Part shown: one piece after another, positions 50,201 through 62,356 of the stretch
How the letters are laid out: each line of letters starts with the position of its first letter
Position numbering within the stretch: the first letter of the stretch is position 1
Source of the DNA: Raillietiella orientalis
Lineage: Eukaryota
Direction: 5' to 3'
DNA length: 64,000 nt
NCBI GenBank assembly: GCA_036172245.1
Contig: JAYWIR010000006.1
Location: 3,472,001-3,536,000 of the forward strand
Made by a program: the position numbers and the translations under genes
Notes under the pieces: model-generated
The model's input: the letters and a program-made list of their open reading frames with translations, nothing else
Told to the model about the DNA's origin: nothing
The model's database searches: none

Positions 50201-51569
50201 CGTTTGTCTATCCTGCATCCATGGAGGAGGAAAGAGGGGTCGTTTCCTCCATTGGAGCCACCACGGGTGGAGAAACGCCGTCGGGAGTCTCTGTGCAAGG
50301 TGACGGAATCGCTTCCGCTGGCTGCCCTTTCGCTTCGACCCCGCGAGGTCCTCGCACCCGGCTGCCCGGACCAAGGTCCCACTTTTCTTCCTCCTCTTCC
50401 TTCTTTTTGCTTTTCTCTTTGCCCCCGGAAAGCGTCCTGAGGCTCTATGGTAGGGGAGGGGGGCGGCGTTCCCTGAAACATCCCATCCGGTGCGCACACT
50501 TCCCGCCGTTTCACTTTCCCAGACGCTAGAGCCGCCGCGCTTCGCCAAGCCGACGTCTTCGAGAGCCGAGCGCAGCGACGACGACGGTTCCCCTCTGCTC
50601 CCGCTCAACCGCCCGTCTTCCCGAAACCCGCTCATCTTCCTCCCAATTGCAATTTCAAACAGATAGCAGCAGCTTCCAACGCCTCCCGAAGCGGTGGAGG
50701 CGGAGGAAAGAAGATAATGAATTGAGTCTGGGGAGCACGACATAACTTAGCGCGGGCCGGCGTCGCTTTCGGGGCCTGCCCTCGCGTTGATGGGGGAGGA
50801 AGTGGGAGGAAGGGGGGGAGTTGCCTGCGATTCCCCTGCGAGGCGGGACGTCATCCGGGATGCGGCGCCGCTGCCGCACCGTGGATCCCGAGGGTCGGCG
50901 CCGCGTGCGCAAAAGGAAGCGGGAACGAAATGCGGCTCCTGCCAATCGCCGCCACCTCCTCTCCCCTCTCTCCCCCTCCCCGTGCGCGCCAGTCCCCCGG
51001 ATCGATAGCGCCGTTTTGTGGACGTAAACTCGGACGGAAAACAGTCAGGCGGAATCGCGGAAGACAATAAACAGCCGTTCGTTCGTACGAGGCCAATTTA
51101 ATTACCCCGCGGTTGTACGAGGACCCCATTCGCGGACCCAAAGCCGAAAGATAAACACGGGCGGGCGGTTCTACTTGGAAGAAGCGACGGCGGCGTTGCC
51201 ATGGCCCGGCGATCGTCTGGCAGGGCGCGCGCGTCCGGTGCCTCCCCCCCCCAGATCGTGACGCCCCGCAGCTGGATTTATGGGTTGCTCCTTGCGGACG
51301 GCCTCTGGCGCCGCGAGGCGACTCGCGCTTCGCGCTAGCACGCGCACGAACGCAACACGCGCGCTCCGCTTCCTGACCGCCTGCCATTTGCCTATCAGAT
51401 GAGTTCGCCGATCAAGGACAGAGACCAAAGAGATGCAGAGGACGGAGGAATTTCTCGAAGATTGCTCTCGATCGAACGTTCCCGTTCCTTTTTTTCTCCC
51501 CCTTCTTCCTTCCTTCCTTCCTGCCTCCCTATTTTGCACGCGCGTCTCCCGCATCCAAGCAGGGCGAAG

Positions 51570-54200
51570 CCATTAAGTGCCGCTGTCGAACGTGGCGTGC
51601 GCTCGATGTGCCGGCCTTCTGCTGCCGGATTTACATCTTATTGGCCGAAGACGCCGCTCGTTAAGCGTCCACGGGCAAAAGAGGGGGACTCCCGGACCGC
51701 ACGAAAAGGAGGCCAACGCCGACCAGGTGGGTGGTGCCCCACCTCCGCGCGAGGGCTTGCGGACCGCCCGGTCGCCAGGGCGGCGCGACCGGTCCGCCTT
51801 CCCTCCGGTGAGAGGTTCCGCCCCTGAGGGCTGGGCGGAAGCGCACCACGCGGTCCGTAGTGCGTGGCCTCTCTGGGAGCCACTCTCTCCGCATCCGTTT
51901 CATTATCGTCCGCCGGCGGCGCACGAACCGCGCCCACCACTCTCAGCTATCACGAAGAGCCGAGACGAAAGGAGGAAGAAACGCAAAGTTGTGCCTACCC
52001 GCCCGCGCTGGAGACTGCGCGGCACCGAGCGTCGCGGGTTCGAATCTCGCCCGGGAAAGGATCGAATCCGAGAATGCGGGGTGCGTCGTGGATTTCGACC
52101 ACCCCCCCCCTACCACTTTAGATGACTCTGGTTGGTCTGTAGGCTTCGGGCGCGGCACTGGTGGAAGCCCGTTGCCGGATGCTCCCTTGACTGGCCGCCG
52201 GGATTGGAAGTGGACCCTCCTGGATCCTTTCAGGAATCAAGACTCCCTTAGGGGTCCCCCAACGGTTGTGAAAATGGAGTCATCCCTTCCTCCCCCCTAG
52301 GGGGGGCCCTCCATCGCGTACTGTGGAGCCGGTTGATACCCCCCTCGATGGGTTGCTTCTCCCGAGAGTCCAAGAAGCGCGCCGCTCCCTTTGGGGAGCG
52401 CCCTTTCCGAAAAACTGAGAAGCGTCCCTTCCGGGTTCTCTTCAGAAGAGCAAACCGGGAGCGGATCCTTTCCGGGGAGTCCCTCTCGAGTAGAAATTCA
52501 GGAGTGGCCATCGCAAACCAGGGGTTCCTCCAGAGAGGATGAGGAAGTCCCTTGTGGGGTTTCCCGGACTCCTCCCTCCAAAGTCATTCCTGGATCCAGT
52601 GCCTACCTGGTTGCTCCCTATAACTTGAAGAGTGACATGCACCCCCAGGTGGCGTGGACAGGGTCAAAGAGCTCCGGGAGCCACCCCTGAGGAGGTGAAT
52701 GAGTCTTCAGCACTTTGCGAACCCAAAAGAAGGAAACACGAAAAGAAAAGGAAATGGAAGGGAAGAAGCAGCGAAGCAGACGGAGAATAACAAGGAACGC
52801 CATGTGGGTGGACGTGGTTCCTGATGTTTCCTCTGTTTGCAGACAGCTCGCGTTTCGCCTTGAGCAGAGCGTTCCCCGAAGGAGAGTTTTTTCGTTCGTG
52901 GACCATCGCTCTCCACCAATGGTGGGAGGTCGCTTCTGGCTCCTGCAGGGCTTTGACCCAGGAACCACGCCGTGTTCGATGAGATGCAGGTTCGTTCCAG
53001 CTCGCATCTGCCCTCCGCCGTCGCGAAAGTGGATGACAGCCCTCAGGGACTGGCGAGGTGATTTCGGACGATTTGGGTTGAATTTGGGTTTCACCCCTCG
53101 AAACGCCTCGCGGGTCCACCCACCTGCGCTTGCCGACGGTGTTGCTCGGCACTCGGCAGTATGGTCCTCTAGGCCACGTGTCTTTCGCGCGCGCAAGGTG
53201 CAAGAGAGTCCAAAAGGAAGTGCTGCCGCAACCGAGTGCACAGGAAGACGGTCATCGGTGGGGAGGAGAGTAGACTGCCAGCGGAAAAGGCAACAAAGTG
53301 CATCCTGATATCCTGCCACCCCCGAAGAAGATGGGATGCTTCTCTGAACGGAGAACCACCGAGCCGTTCGAAAGACCCCAGGTTCGTCGGCGGAGCACCC
53401 TGGGAGTACAATAAGCGTTCGGGCATTCCACAGGCTGCTGGAAATCCCACAGGAAGACCTCGAGTAGCCCCCGGAGCTGAAGAAAAACCGGATCCTCCTC
53501 CTGAAGTGTCAGGAGTCAGCACTTCTGCTGTTGCACTGCGGTCTCCTGTGCAACGCCCGCCTCTCTCACTGGACCCGGGAGACTGTGGACCCCAACTGCT
53601 GCAAGTGCGGGGAACAGGAATTTCAGCTCCCGCACCTGCTTGTAGACTGTATTGCCCTCCGGCCCCTATGGTTGCGTTACGCAAGGGTCCTTGGTGCACC
53701 GACGGACAGTCCCGGGGACCTGTTGAAGAGTCTCTTCGTTGCGATGCTCTTTCGCCTGCCGCATCCCCAGCAGCTCTTTGCTGCCAAACATGGGATTGAA
53801 GCGGCCTGGAGCTACGCGAGAGGAGGACAGAACGATAGGGACGTCACCTGCTTGGTCCTGCCCTTCCTGAGGACGGCAGCCAGATGGCCTCACTTGGGGC
53901 ATACTCGGATGGAACTTGCCGGCATCCTGGAAAGGATGCAGAGGACGCCCTCCAGCGGATAGCGATCCCTTCCCGTGCCCCCCAGAGTTTTTTTGTTTTT
54001 ATTATTGATTTTTGTTTCATTTATATTTTTGTTTGCCCTCCTCTGCTGAGACGAACCTCGCCGGTCTGAGTGACGGTCACTCAACAGGTTCGAAACAATT
54101 TCGGACGATGTAGGGCCGATGGTCCTACACATGTATGTTTATTATTTTCATGATAAACCTCCCAGCGTTAACGGATGTTCAAGGCAATCACGGGCATGTT
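51570..54200 (+). mobile_element. Tx1/L1-like LINE fossil (RT core to 3' UTR) split by SINE copy D
   Basis: VERGVRSMC (RGVRQGC-like, 51585-51611) and EANADQV (YADD position) lie before the SINE. After it comes a well-preserved zf-RVT frame LHCGLLCNARLSHW...CCKCGEQEFQLPHLLVDCIALRPLW (53531-53962), then a T-rich 3' UTR homologous to 7900-8050. Confidence 0.75.
52001..52724 (+). mobile_element. tRNA-derived SINE, copy D
   Basis: Begins gcccgcgctgg, B box ggttcgaatct (52037-52047), body shared with copies A-C, ends cttcagcactttgcgaacc. Confidence 0.8.
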
Positions 54201-54359
54201 TTGCAACGCGCGAACGTCGCACACGGGTGCTTCCAAGAGGGGATAGAATGGGAGCGTCTCTGCAGAGTTCCAGGCGCAAGCGACCCCGCGGCTGGGGAAG
54301 ACACGAAAGGCAGCCCGTGACCCGCGCGCCCCTCGCATTCAACGCTACGCGGGACGCAA

Positions 54360-54490
54360 CCGCTGAATCGCAGCAGGTTTTCCCGCATCTTTGGAGGCTC
54401 GGCAAGACGGCCAACGAAATCCCGCTAGGATTCTCCAGTGGGAACCTGGCGTCGCAGCGGACCACCACCGGGTTGCCTTTTGCCCCGCTT
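54360..54490 (+). mobile_element. RTE-like LINE 3' end fragment
   Basis: FPHLWR followed by PARILQWEPG, similar to GH+.R......+l.W.P....R.rGRP. Confidence 0.35.
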
Positions 54491-54879
54491 CCGTCCGGGA
54501 AAAATTCCCTTTGGATTTTCCCCGAGTCTGCAGAGACGACGGACCACGGATCACGCAGTGACGTCCTCATCTCGAGAGAAGTTTCCGATTTCCGATTCGC
54601 GGGGAGAGAAACTTCCTCCTCGCGTGTACCGTACGCTCTCTTGTACGCCCCCTCATGCCTCCCCAGCAGAAACAAGAGAAAGAAAGGACGCCTGCTGCTC
54701 ATCGAGCAGCTCTTTCCCGACCTATTCGAGGGATCGCTGCGCAGGTAAAGGGAGATCCCTGTTAATGGGAACGTGCCTTGATCCCTTCCAAGCGAGCGGT
54801 GCGTACATTCTTGGGAATTTATGACTCGAAACGGCATGGAACGGCACCTGTCCTGCGAACCGCTCTTTCGCTGGACGGG

Positions 54880-55000
54880 TCCGGTTGTTCGTGATGCCAC
54901 TCCAGATCGTTATCAGTCCGAATGCTGCTCCTCGGTGTCACGAAAGCAGCTCTCAGGGACTCCTGAGAACTTTTCCGCAGTTTGCATGCTCCCTTCCAGG
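54880..55000 (+). mobile_element. Possible Tc1/mariner fragment
   Basis: IVISPNAAPRCHESSSQGLLRTFPQF loosely matches FQQDGAPAH.+..+Q.+L...+P.F. Confidence 0.25.
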
Positions 55001-57460
55001 GAAGATTCCCGACGAAGCCTCGGGCTCATTCCTTCACGACAGACGGAAGGAAACCGTCGCTTTCGGAAGCGCGCACTCTGCAGTGGCGAGCAGCCGGTGT
55101 GGTGGTTGCGACCACCTTGGTTTCAGGAGTTGCAAACGCCCGCTTTCGATGCGTTGCCCATAGAAGAACGTGGACGTCGCTTGAGGCACGAAAAGCGTGT
55201 GCGTTTTTTCCAGATAATTCTAGAAATCAGCTCGTTTTGCCGCTAATCTTGAAAAAACAAGTCCGACAGGAGGCTTCCTCCTTCTTCCTCCTTCTTCTTC
55301 TTCTCGATTGCTGGCGTTGCGACGACGGCTGCGAGTAACGGAACACGGGTGCTTTCGGATCGCTTCGCTTTCGCAGCTCCCCTTCTCCCTCGGATCGCTG
55401 CTCCCCTGCGAGCCCGGGAGTGGCATCGTGAGGAGCGAAAACTTCCTCCCCTCCCCCGGAGAAGCTGAAAGGTGGAGATCGACTGACCTCCGGAGTCGTG
55501 GATGAAAACGATCGGGTTGCCGATCCCGATGTCCTGCGCTCACCACCCGCAGCTCCGTGACAGCCGGAGGAGGAGAGAGCGGTTTCCGTGTTTCCATGCG
55601 CCGTTTTCGTGCTTGTCGAACCTTCCTGACTTCCGGTCGAGTGAAACTGCCCGTCGCACCTGTTGCGGACATCAAGGGATGGAAACATCTCGGGGGCGCG
55701 TGTGCATGCTTTTCCCGGAGACCGGCAGGGAGCGCAGAAGGAGGTGTTGCCCGCTTCGGTTCGCTTTGTTCCACCCATCGAAATCGTGGGATCTTCTGCG
55801 AGGGGCAAGAGTTGGTGATCGTTGGGCAAAGCAAGGGGACGGGAGCAGAACTCGCTCCGCATCTTCACTTGCGGGAGGCGCCCAGCAGCTTTGCTCGATT
55901 TGTGAACACCGGTGCTTTGTCGGAGGATGCAAGGAACATATGGAAAGCAGGTTCGCAGCGCGTGCAAAGCACCCTTGTTAGAGCTCGATCGATGTCGATC
56001 TGGTTCCCTGCATCCAAATCAGGGTGTGAAATTAGTAAAAAATTGAGATGAAGAGGGTGGAGTTGCGGCTACGCTTTCATTACCTCTTCTTCCTTTTCTT
56101 TCTCCTTTCCGGGCAGTCCAAAGCATCGAAAAAGTTGGAGAGCAAAAAAGCTTTGCCAGAAACAACCTTTAGGTCCGAGCATTGAGAAAAAAAAAAAAAA
56201 AAAACTTCTAAACTCAGTGCATTCTAAGGTGCATTCCATCACGGATTTACCGACATGCCAGAAAGGAAGTGACTCGTCTTCCAGCCCAGACTAAAGAACT
56301 AGCACCGGCAGGATCGGAAAGCACGCTCTGATAATTAAGATAAGTCAGGTTCATAAAAGGCCGTCGTCCCTGCGTAAGGCCATTTTGCACGCAGCCGCAA
56401 GAAGCGAGGCAAGCAGTCGATTGTGACTTTGATTCCAAATGCAGCATTCCAATGTGAGAGCAGAGCACTAAAATCCACAAATGGGAAACGAAACTTTGGA
56501 TTCTGGAGGATGGAAATTCCTCCGCCGCTTTGCCGAGATGATGTGCACGCGAGGGTTTCGCGTTCTTTTCTTGCTTGGTTGGGATCGTGGAGCACTCGAA
56601 AGGACGAAAAAGATGCGGGGTGATTCCTTGGTAGCGGGATTGTATTTGGGATTCACTACATAGTACTACAAGCCTGGATGATTTTCGAGGTTCCATTCGA
56701 GAGGAAAAAGGCACGTTAGGACGTTGTTCTGGAACCAGCCGGAGCCAAATTAACAATTTCTCCGCGGAAGACCGACGGGGCACGAATTTTGGTTCTTTGG
56801 TCAAGGAACAGCACGCGACCACATCTTCGGAATGGCTGCTGGACCTACACGGACAAATTCCGATTCCCTCCCACAAGCAATTGAAAGCACATTTGCTCCA
56901 GGACTGTTTCTGAGCCACACTTCGGGAAGTGTTAGCGCACTGGGTGTAAGCTGGAACGAAGCGACAAGCCTTTATCTCATTAGAAAAGGAAGCGAATAAT
57001 GAACCCATCTGCTCAGGAAGTTCGCATTAGGTACACAATGGAGGACAAATTTCCGTTCGTGGGCCCCTTGAAATCAGAAAAACAAGATGAAGACAGGATC
57101 AAGCAAACTAATTTTGGTCACCAGCCTCCGGAACAGATCAACGCGGAGAGGAAGGGAAAAGAATCTTTCAAAGGAGCGAACGAAATCAGCGGGAGCGCCG
57201 TAGGAATCGTAGCTGAAATATCGCGAATGGTCAACGCTGTGCAAATACAAGGAAAACCCACTATGTGTGTTTTCGGATGATTCATTCCCGCATACCCGCT
57301 CGTGTTTGAGTCGTCAGCCATCCACGGAAAGACCGATGAATCAACATCACCCATTCTTTTTTTTTTGCACTTTATGCAGAGCACAGGCCTTCCAAAAAAT
57401 ACCTTCGGCTGCCGTGCTCGACCAGCTCGTCGCTCCTACGAAAGCCAACCACACGAAAAA

Positions 57461-57575
57461 CACGAAGACGAGCACCAGCCATGGTGCCTGCCTGCGGATG
57501 GATCCCACCCCACTTCATCATAGCAGGTTGGGTTTCATCCAGAGGCGGGCACCATGGCTGGTGCTTGTCTTCGTG
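57461..57575 (+). repeat. Long foldback: 50-bp stem, 15-nt loop
   Basis: 57461-57510 pairs with 57526-57575: 43 Watson-Crick pairs, 3 G-U pairs and 4 mismatches. The outer 33 bp are uninterrupted. Confidence 0.9.
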
Positions 57576-57840
57576 CTCCCCGTGCCCGTGCTTTGAGCCC
57601 CGACGGCACAAGGACGAGGCCAGCGAACTTTCGAGATGAGCATGGATGCCCACATCGTCTCCCAGGGATTCACCGCTGAGACGCTTCCCCTGACCATCCC
57701 GCGTTTCCAAACTATCAGCCCAGCAGTGCAGAACACGTATCCTTCCAGAATCTTCTCCAGGTGTGCCTTCGAAACGGAACGCCTGCTTTCCGGAATGCAT
57801 CTTTGCGGGGAACCATCGCAACAGTCGTCCCAGCTATAGG
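57520..57840 (-). mobile_element. Tc1-like transposase C-terminal fossil
   Basis: SAVNPWETMWASMLISKV matches SPD+NP+E.+W..+..+V. Confidence 0.45.
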
Positions 57841-60800
57841 TCCCCCTCCGCCTCTCAGATTTTCCCCGTGAAGTCGCGCGCTGCTGCTCACTGGAGCTTT
57901 GGAAATGGAACATCTTCCAAAGGAGCAGCCCCTCTTTCACGAACTGAAGACGCTTCCTCCTGTTGGAAGAAGGGATGCGAGTTGCCTGGAAATCCGTTCG
58001 CGGTGGGTTCAGATCTCCCTGCTCCGGGGGAGAAGGGGGGGAATATTTTTCTTCACCCGTTTTCGATCGAAGGATGAGATTCATTCCGTGGTTTCTCTCC
58101 CTTGGCTATTGCGCTGCCATCCGACGGAAGAATGGAAATCGAAAGGTTCTGTTTATTGACCGGTCGCACCTCATTTTGGAAACTCAATCGGAAAATCATG
58201 AAATACGTCACAACATCCTATGAGACTGAGAAACAGCCGTTGTCTTAATCATGAAGCGCATCGATCACTGCCGCATCCTCACAAATTAATAAGTGAGAAG
58301 ACGGAGATGAAAGCCGCGGCAGCAAACAGTCTGCAGAAAATGCTACAGATCGTTACTGCTTCCGAGAACAGTGAAGTTGGCCGTTCATCCGGGCACAAGT
58401 GATAGCTGGGCGCAGTCATTCCTTGTGGAGGCTCCCGGCTACCGTCGGTTGACCCCGCGTACCCTACGGTACCCTGGGTCGCATCCAGTTATAGAAAAAA
58501 TGCCTGCTCCCGGCGTTTAGCGGAAGAAGCGAGGTTCAACCTACCCCGGGTCATCTACGTTTCCATGGGTAGCACGGCCCCGGAGTTCATCTGCGGGACA
58601 GCTCACGCACGCACGGCTTTGCCTTCGCCCTCTGCAGTGCTCTGCGGCCGTCACGCTGACGAATGGCACCGTCTGAATCTTTTGATTTATTGAATTTCGA
58701 GAACAACTTGCTCCAGCATCCGAACTTTTAGAGTGTGCACACTCCTTTCTTTTCTTTTTTTAAACCCTTAGAAAATTGCCTTTCGGTTTCCGATGCCACG
58801 CATGACAGTTTCCATCCCCACGCAGCCTTCCTCTGGCTTCTCCGGGAGACGAGGCGGTTTGCTTGATCACACAGTCTGGCTATTTATTCCAGAGTGACAA
58901 AAACCAGCGCTTTATCATAAAGTTAATCAAAAAGCTGCCAGGCCATCGTGCACAGCAAAACCGCGTACGTGATTTACCCCGGCAAGCGCGCTCGTCCTCC
59001 CCATCGCTGCTGCTGCACGGAGGACTGGTGTCTAAGACGCACCGCGTTCCCCCCCCCCTCCCCTGGCCGAAGAGAACCCGGCTGGTGTAAAATTAAGGAT
59101 TTTCCCGTGGAAAACGAAGTGCCCCTCTCCATCCGGAAGATGAAATGCGATTCCGTGATTTCCCGGTGACAGCGGCCGCCGTCCTCTTCCCGGGTTGGCT
59201 TCCCTCAGGATTTTTCGTCGGTCAGCCGGTCTCGCTCGCCTCCGCTGCGGAGACCGCTCGCTGCTCGCGTGGGCGTCTCGCTCGCGAGAGAGCGCCGGAG
59301 TCGCTTGAGCTGCGTCGATCGAGCTTGGGGGGGCGACGGCGGCCAGTCAGCTCTACCTTGGTTCACGACGCGGGGAAGCGGCGAGGTGACCTCGCCCCTC
59401 TGCCCCCGAACCAAAGAGGGCGCCACCAACTGGATTGTGGGAAGACGCGGAGCACGAAATCCGGAGACCCTCCGTTTCCCGGAGGCCGCAGACGTTTCCT
59501 CCCTCCACCCCTCCCCCAGCGTGTCTCATCCCCCTGGGACCCCTTCTCGCTGCTGCGCACGCCCTTAGTTTGGCTGACGAGCCGTGCCCCGGAGGCACGA
59601 CTTGGCGTGTTCATTCCATCTGAAGAGACCCCCCGAGTGACCTGGTTCTGGAGGAAAAGACACCGCGGACTACACCGACAACATCCCTAGAAGGGGATCT
59701 CCAGGGAGAAGTTCGGAGATGGAACGCCGTCTAAGAAACTGACCGCTCCTTTCCGGGACTGCTCGAAATCTTTCGCGTATCCGCGGATGGCTATCCACGC
59801 CGATGTTCTTTGCCGCAGGTCTTCCCTCGCAAAGCGCTTCCGGCGGCACGGTCGCAGTTCGCGCCGCGATGGCGACTGACAGAGGGCCAAGAGACGAGTC
59901 GTCGCTTGGCAACCCGTTAGTTTCGCCAACCCTGCCGGAAATCGCATGCGCCCACTGGTCGTCTTCGTCAAGGACGTTTCGAAATTTCGGTGTGACTACG
60001 TGACCCCGTTCGGAGTCAGCAGACGAATCAGCGAGCAAAAGAGCAAGCGAAAGGCTCCGGAGATGTCTTTCCAAGATGGCGGACCAACTGTCACGGAGAA
60101 GAATTTTGCCAAGTTTTGCTTGATGAGGTGAGGCTCGCGGATTCCCCGGACGAGCCCCTGGGCGTCCCTGCTTCCTGAGGGAGTGCCCACCTCTGCCGAA
60201 CGAGGTCGCGGGGTCGTTCGTCGTTTCCTTTCTTTGGTGGTCTCTTCTTCCTTCCTTCCTTCCAGTGTTCCTTCTTTCCGCTTCCGCGCGCATAAAATTC
60301 GTGGCCGGGGCATCGAAGGAAAGGATTTCTCCTGTTGGCTCGTCGAACGCGGATGGATGCTGCTCTCTTTTGTTGTTGCTGCTGCTGTTGCTGCTTTCAT
60401 TGCATTTTCTCATATCTTCACGGACGGACCGAGGAAACGCCGGCTGTCCCAAACCTTGGAAGGTTGTTTTCCTCGTGGTTCTCGACTTCCGGGTGGAGTT
60501 GCCCTCCGTCTATGCTCGTGCGAAACCCAGGTCAAAGCTTTTTCCTTGCAACAGACAGACCGTGTGGCCGCGACGATGCAGGGGATGATGCTCTTCGCTC
60601 TTCGCGAGGACTCTTCGACCAGCTGCAAACTGACCTGCGCTGGGGGGCTGCAGAGAGAGGTTTTTCGTCCGGTTTCGTGTTCCTCCCTGCAAAAGTCGAT
60701 TTTTCCCTGGGGAAGGGTGGGGAGGGGATTCCATCGCTGCGAAGCATCATCCCGCCGGTTACATTTCCTTCCGCACGTTCATCCCTTTGGTCCTGGAGGA

Positions 60801-62329
60801 AGAACGCCGGAGCGTTCGGAGGGCAGCTTCTGCTGTCCGCATGCTCGCAGAGCAGATGCCGAAGAGCAGCAGGAACGTTTCGGGATGTGCGCAAGCATGA
60901 ATCCTCATCGGTTCTCGGGGACTGTGCTGGAAGATTGGCGGAAGAAACGTGCGGCGCGGGAAAAGGAAGGTCGTTCTTCTAGCTGTCGGGTCTGTTGCTT
61001 CTTCCGCATTCCTCCGGGATGCGCTTTGCGGGAAACGGATGCTCTCTGCCAGCTGCAAAATTTGGATTCTAAGCAGCAAGCATCTTATTGGGATGCAGAT
61101 CCTGCAAGAGATGCTTCCTCTACGCGAGCCACCACGAACGTCTTGGTCAACGTGTAGGAATTTGAATTTGAGAAAAGAGGGACATTCCTCATCTCCTTCA
61201 AAGTTTCAGAGCCTCTCTGCGCATGTCTTTCTTATCATCATGTCTTAAGGAGAACTGTTGCAAAAGAAAAAAAAAAAAAAAAAGAGTTTCGACTTGCTGA
61301 TGCCTCGTCGAACGGGTCCGACGTCACGAAAACGCACACCATCCCGAAGGCACACCACTGGTGTTCCTGGTGCCAAGCTCCGAGATGCTGCCGCTGGAAT
61401 TTTCTTCGCGAGGTGGAAAGGTCGTTTCCCCCCTCCCCCACCCCCCTTTTTTTTTCTTTTTTTTTTTAAATACCTTCGGAGATCAGTAATAGGAAGGCAA
61501 ATGCGAAATGGAAGCGCTCACTCTTCCTGTGGAGTGAACTCGCGCGATCAACCAGCCAGGAAGACATACTTCGGGAAGTCGGGAAGCACTTCGCCGTGCT
61601 GATGCAGATTTATTGTGCATCACCAGCATCCCCTCTATTTTCAATTAAACGGCAGTGTTCTCGCGTTTCGAAGGCAGAACGGGCACTCGTATTGATCCTT
61701 TCGGGGCGAACTATTGGATACCGGGAACGTGCGGTCGCCTTCAAGCGGAGTCTGCATTAAAGTGCTCGTTCGCTCATGTATGTACCTCACGATGAAGGAA
61801 TTTTATTGGGACGTTCCCTGGGAGAAAGTGAAAACGCATTTTTCCCGATCAAGTAACAACTGGAAGGGACACATTTCGAAAACACGGGTGCGGGTTCGTT
61901 TGTTTTTCCTCCCCTCACCCACCCACCCTTTTGTGCGCGCGCGTGCTCGTTTCTAAAGTCCTCCCACCGTGGAGCTGTTGAAAATGCAGAGCTGAAAGCA
62001 GCATCGATCGACGCCGACCTCACGCGGTTTTCGAAGTTGCACTCGACAGCAACGTCTCCAGAAACGAAGAAAAGAGGGAAAGCTGGATGTAAGAACGCTC
62101 AATGTAGGGGGGGAAAAAAAAAAAAAAAAAAAAGGAAAAGGGGGAGGGAGAGGGGCGAGGGAGGAAAGGGAACACGCTGTGCTGTCCCGTGCAGACGTGT
62201 GACTTTGGCGTGCCAGGATCTTCGATGCTTGGCCCACCCCGGGTTGCTCCCTGCCCGCTAATCGGTGAGCGTGCACGCTCAGGTGAGCGCTGAGGTTGGT
62301 GGCTGCTGCCACGAGGATCTTCTCCGACA

Positions 62330-62356
62330 AGCAGCAGCGGCAGCAGCAGCAGCAGC
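62330..62356. repeat. (CAG)n tract; a similar (CTG/TTG)n tract lies at 60372-60395
   Basis: Direct reading. Confidence 0.9.

Noticed and set aside
54030..54125. Hammerhead ribozyme (ctgaga-cgaacct...aggttc-gaaac...gta)
   Set aside because: The core is not CUGANGA, stems I and III pair poorly, and the homologous copy at ~7940 lacks the core. An Infernal search with hammerhead models would settle it.
60063..60133. Plus-strand first exon (MSFQDGG...LM|gtgagg) with a CAAGATGGCGG YY1/Pho-like site
   Set aside because: No downstream exon or recognisable protein could be linked, and the motif alone is insufficient.
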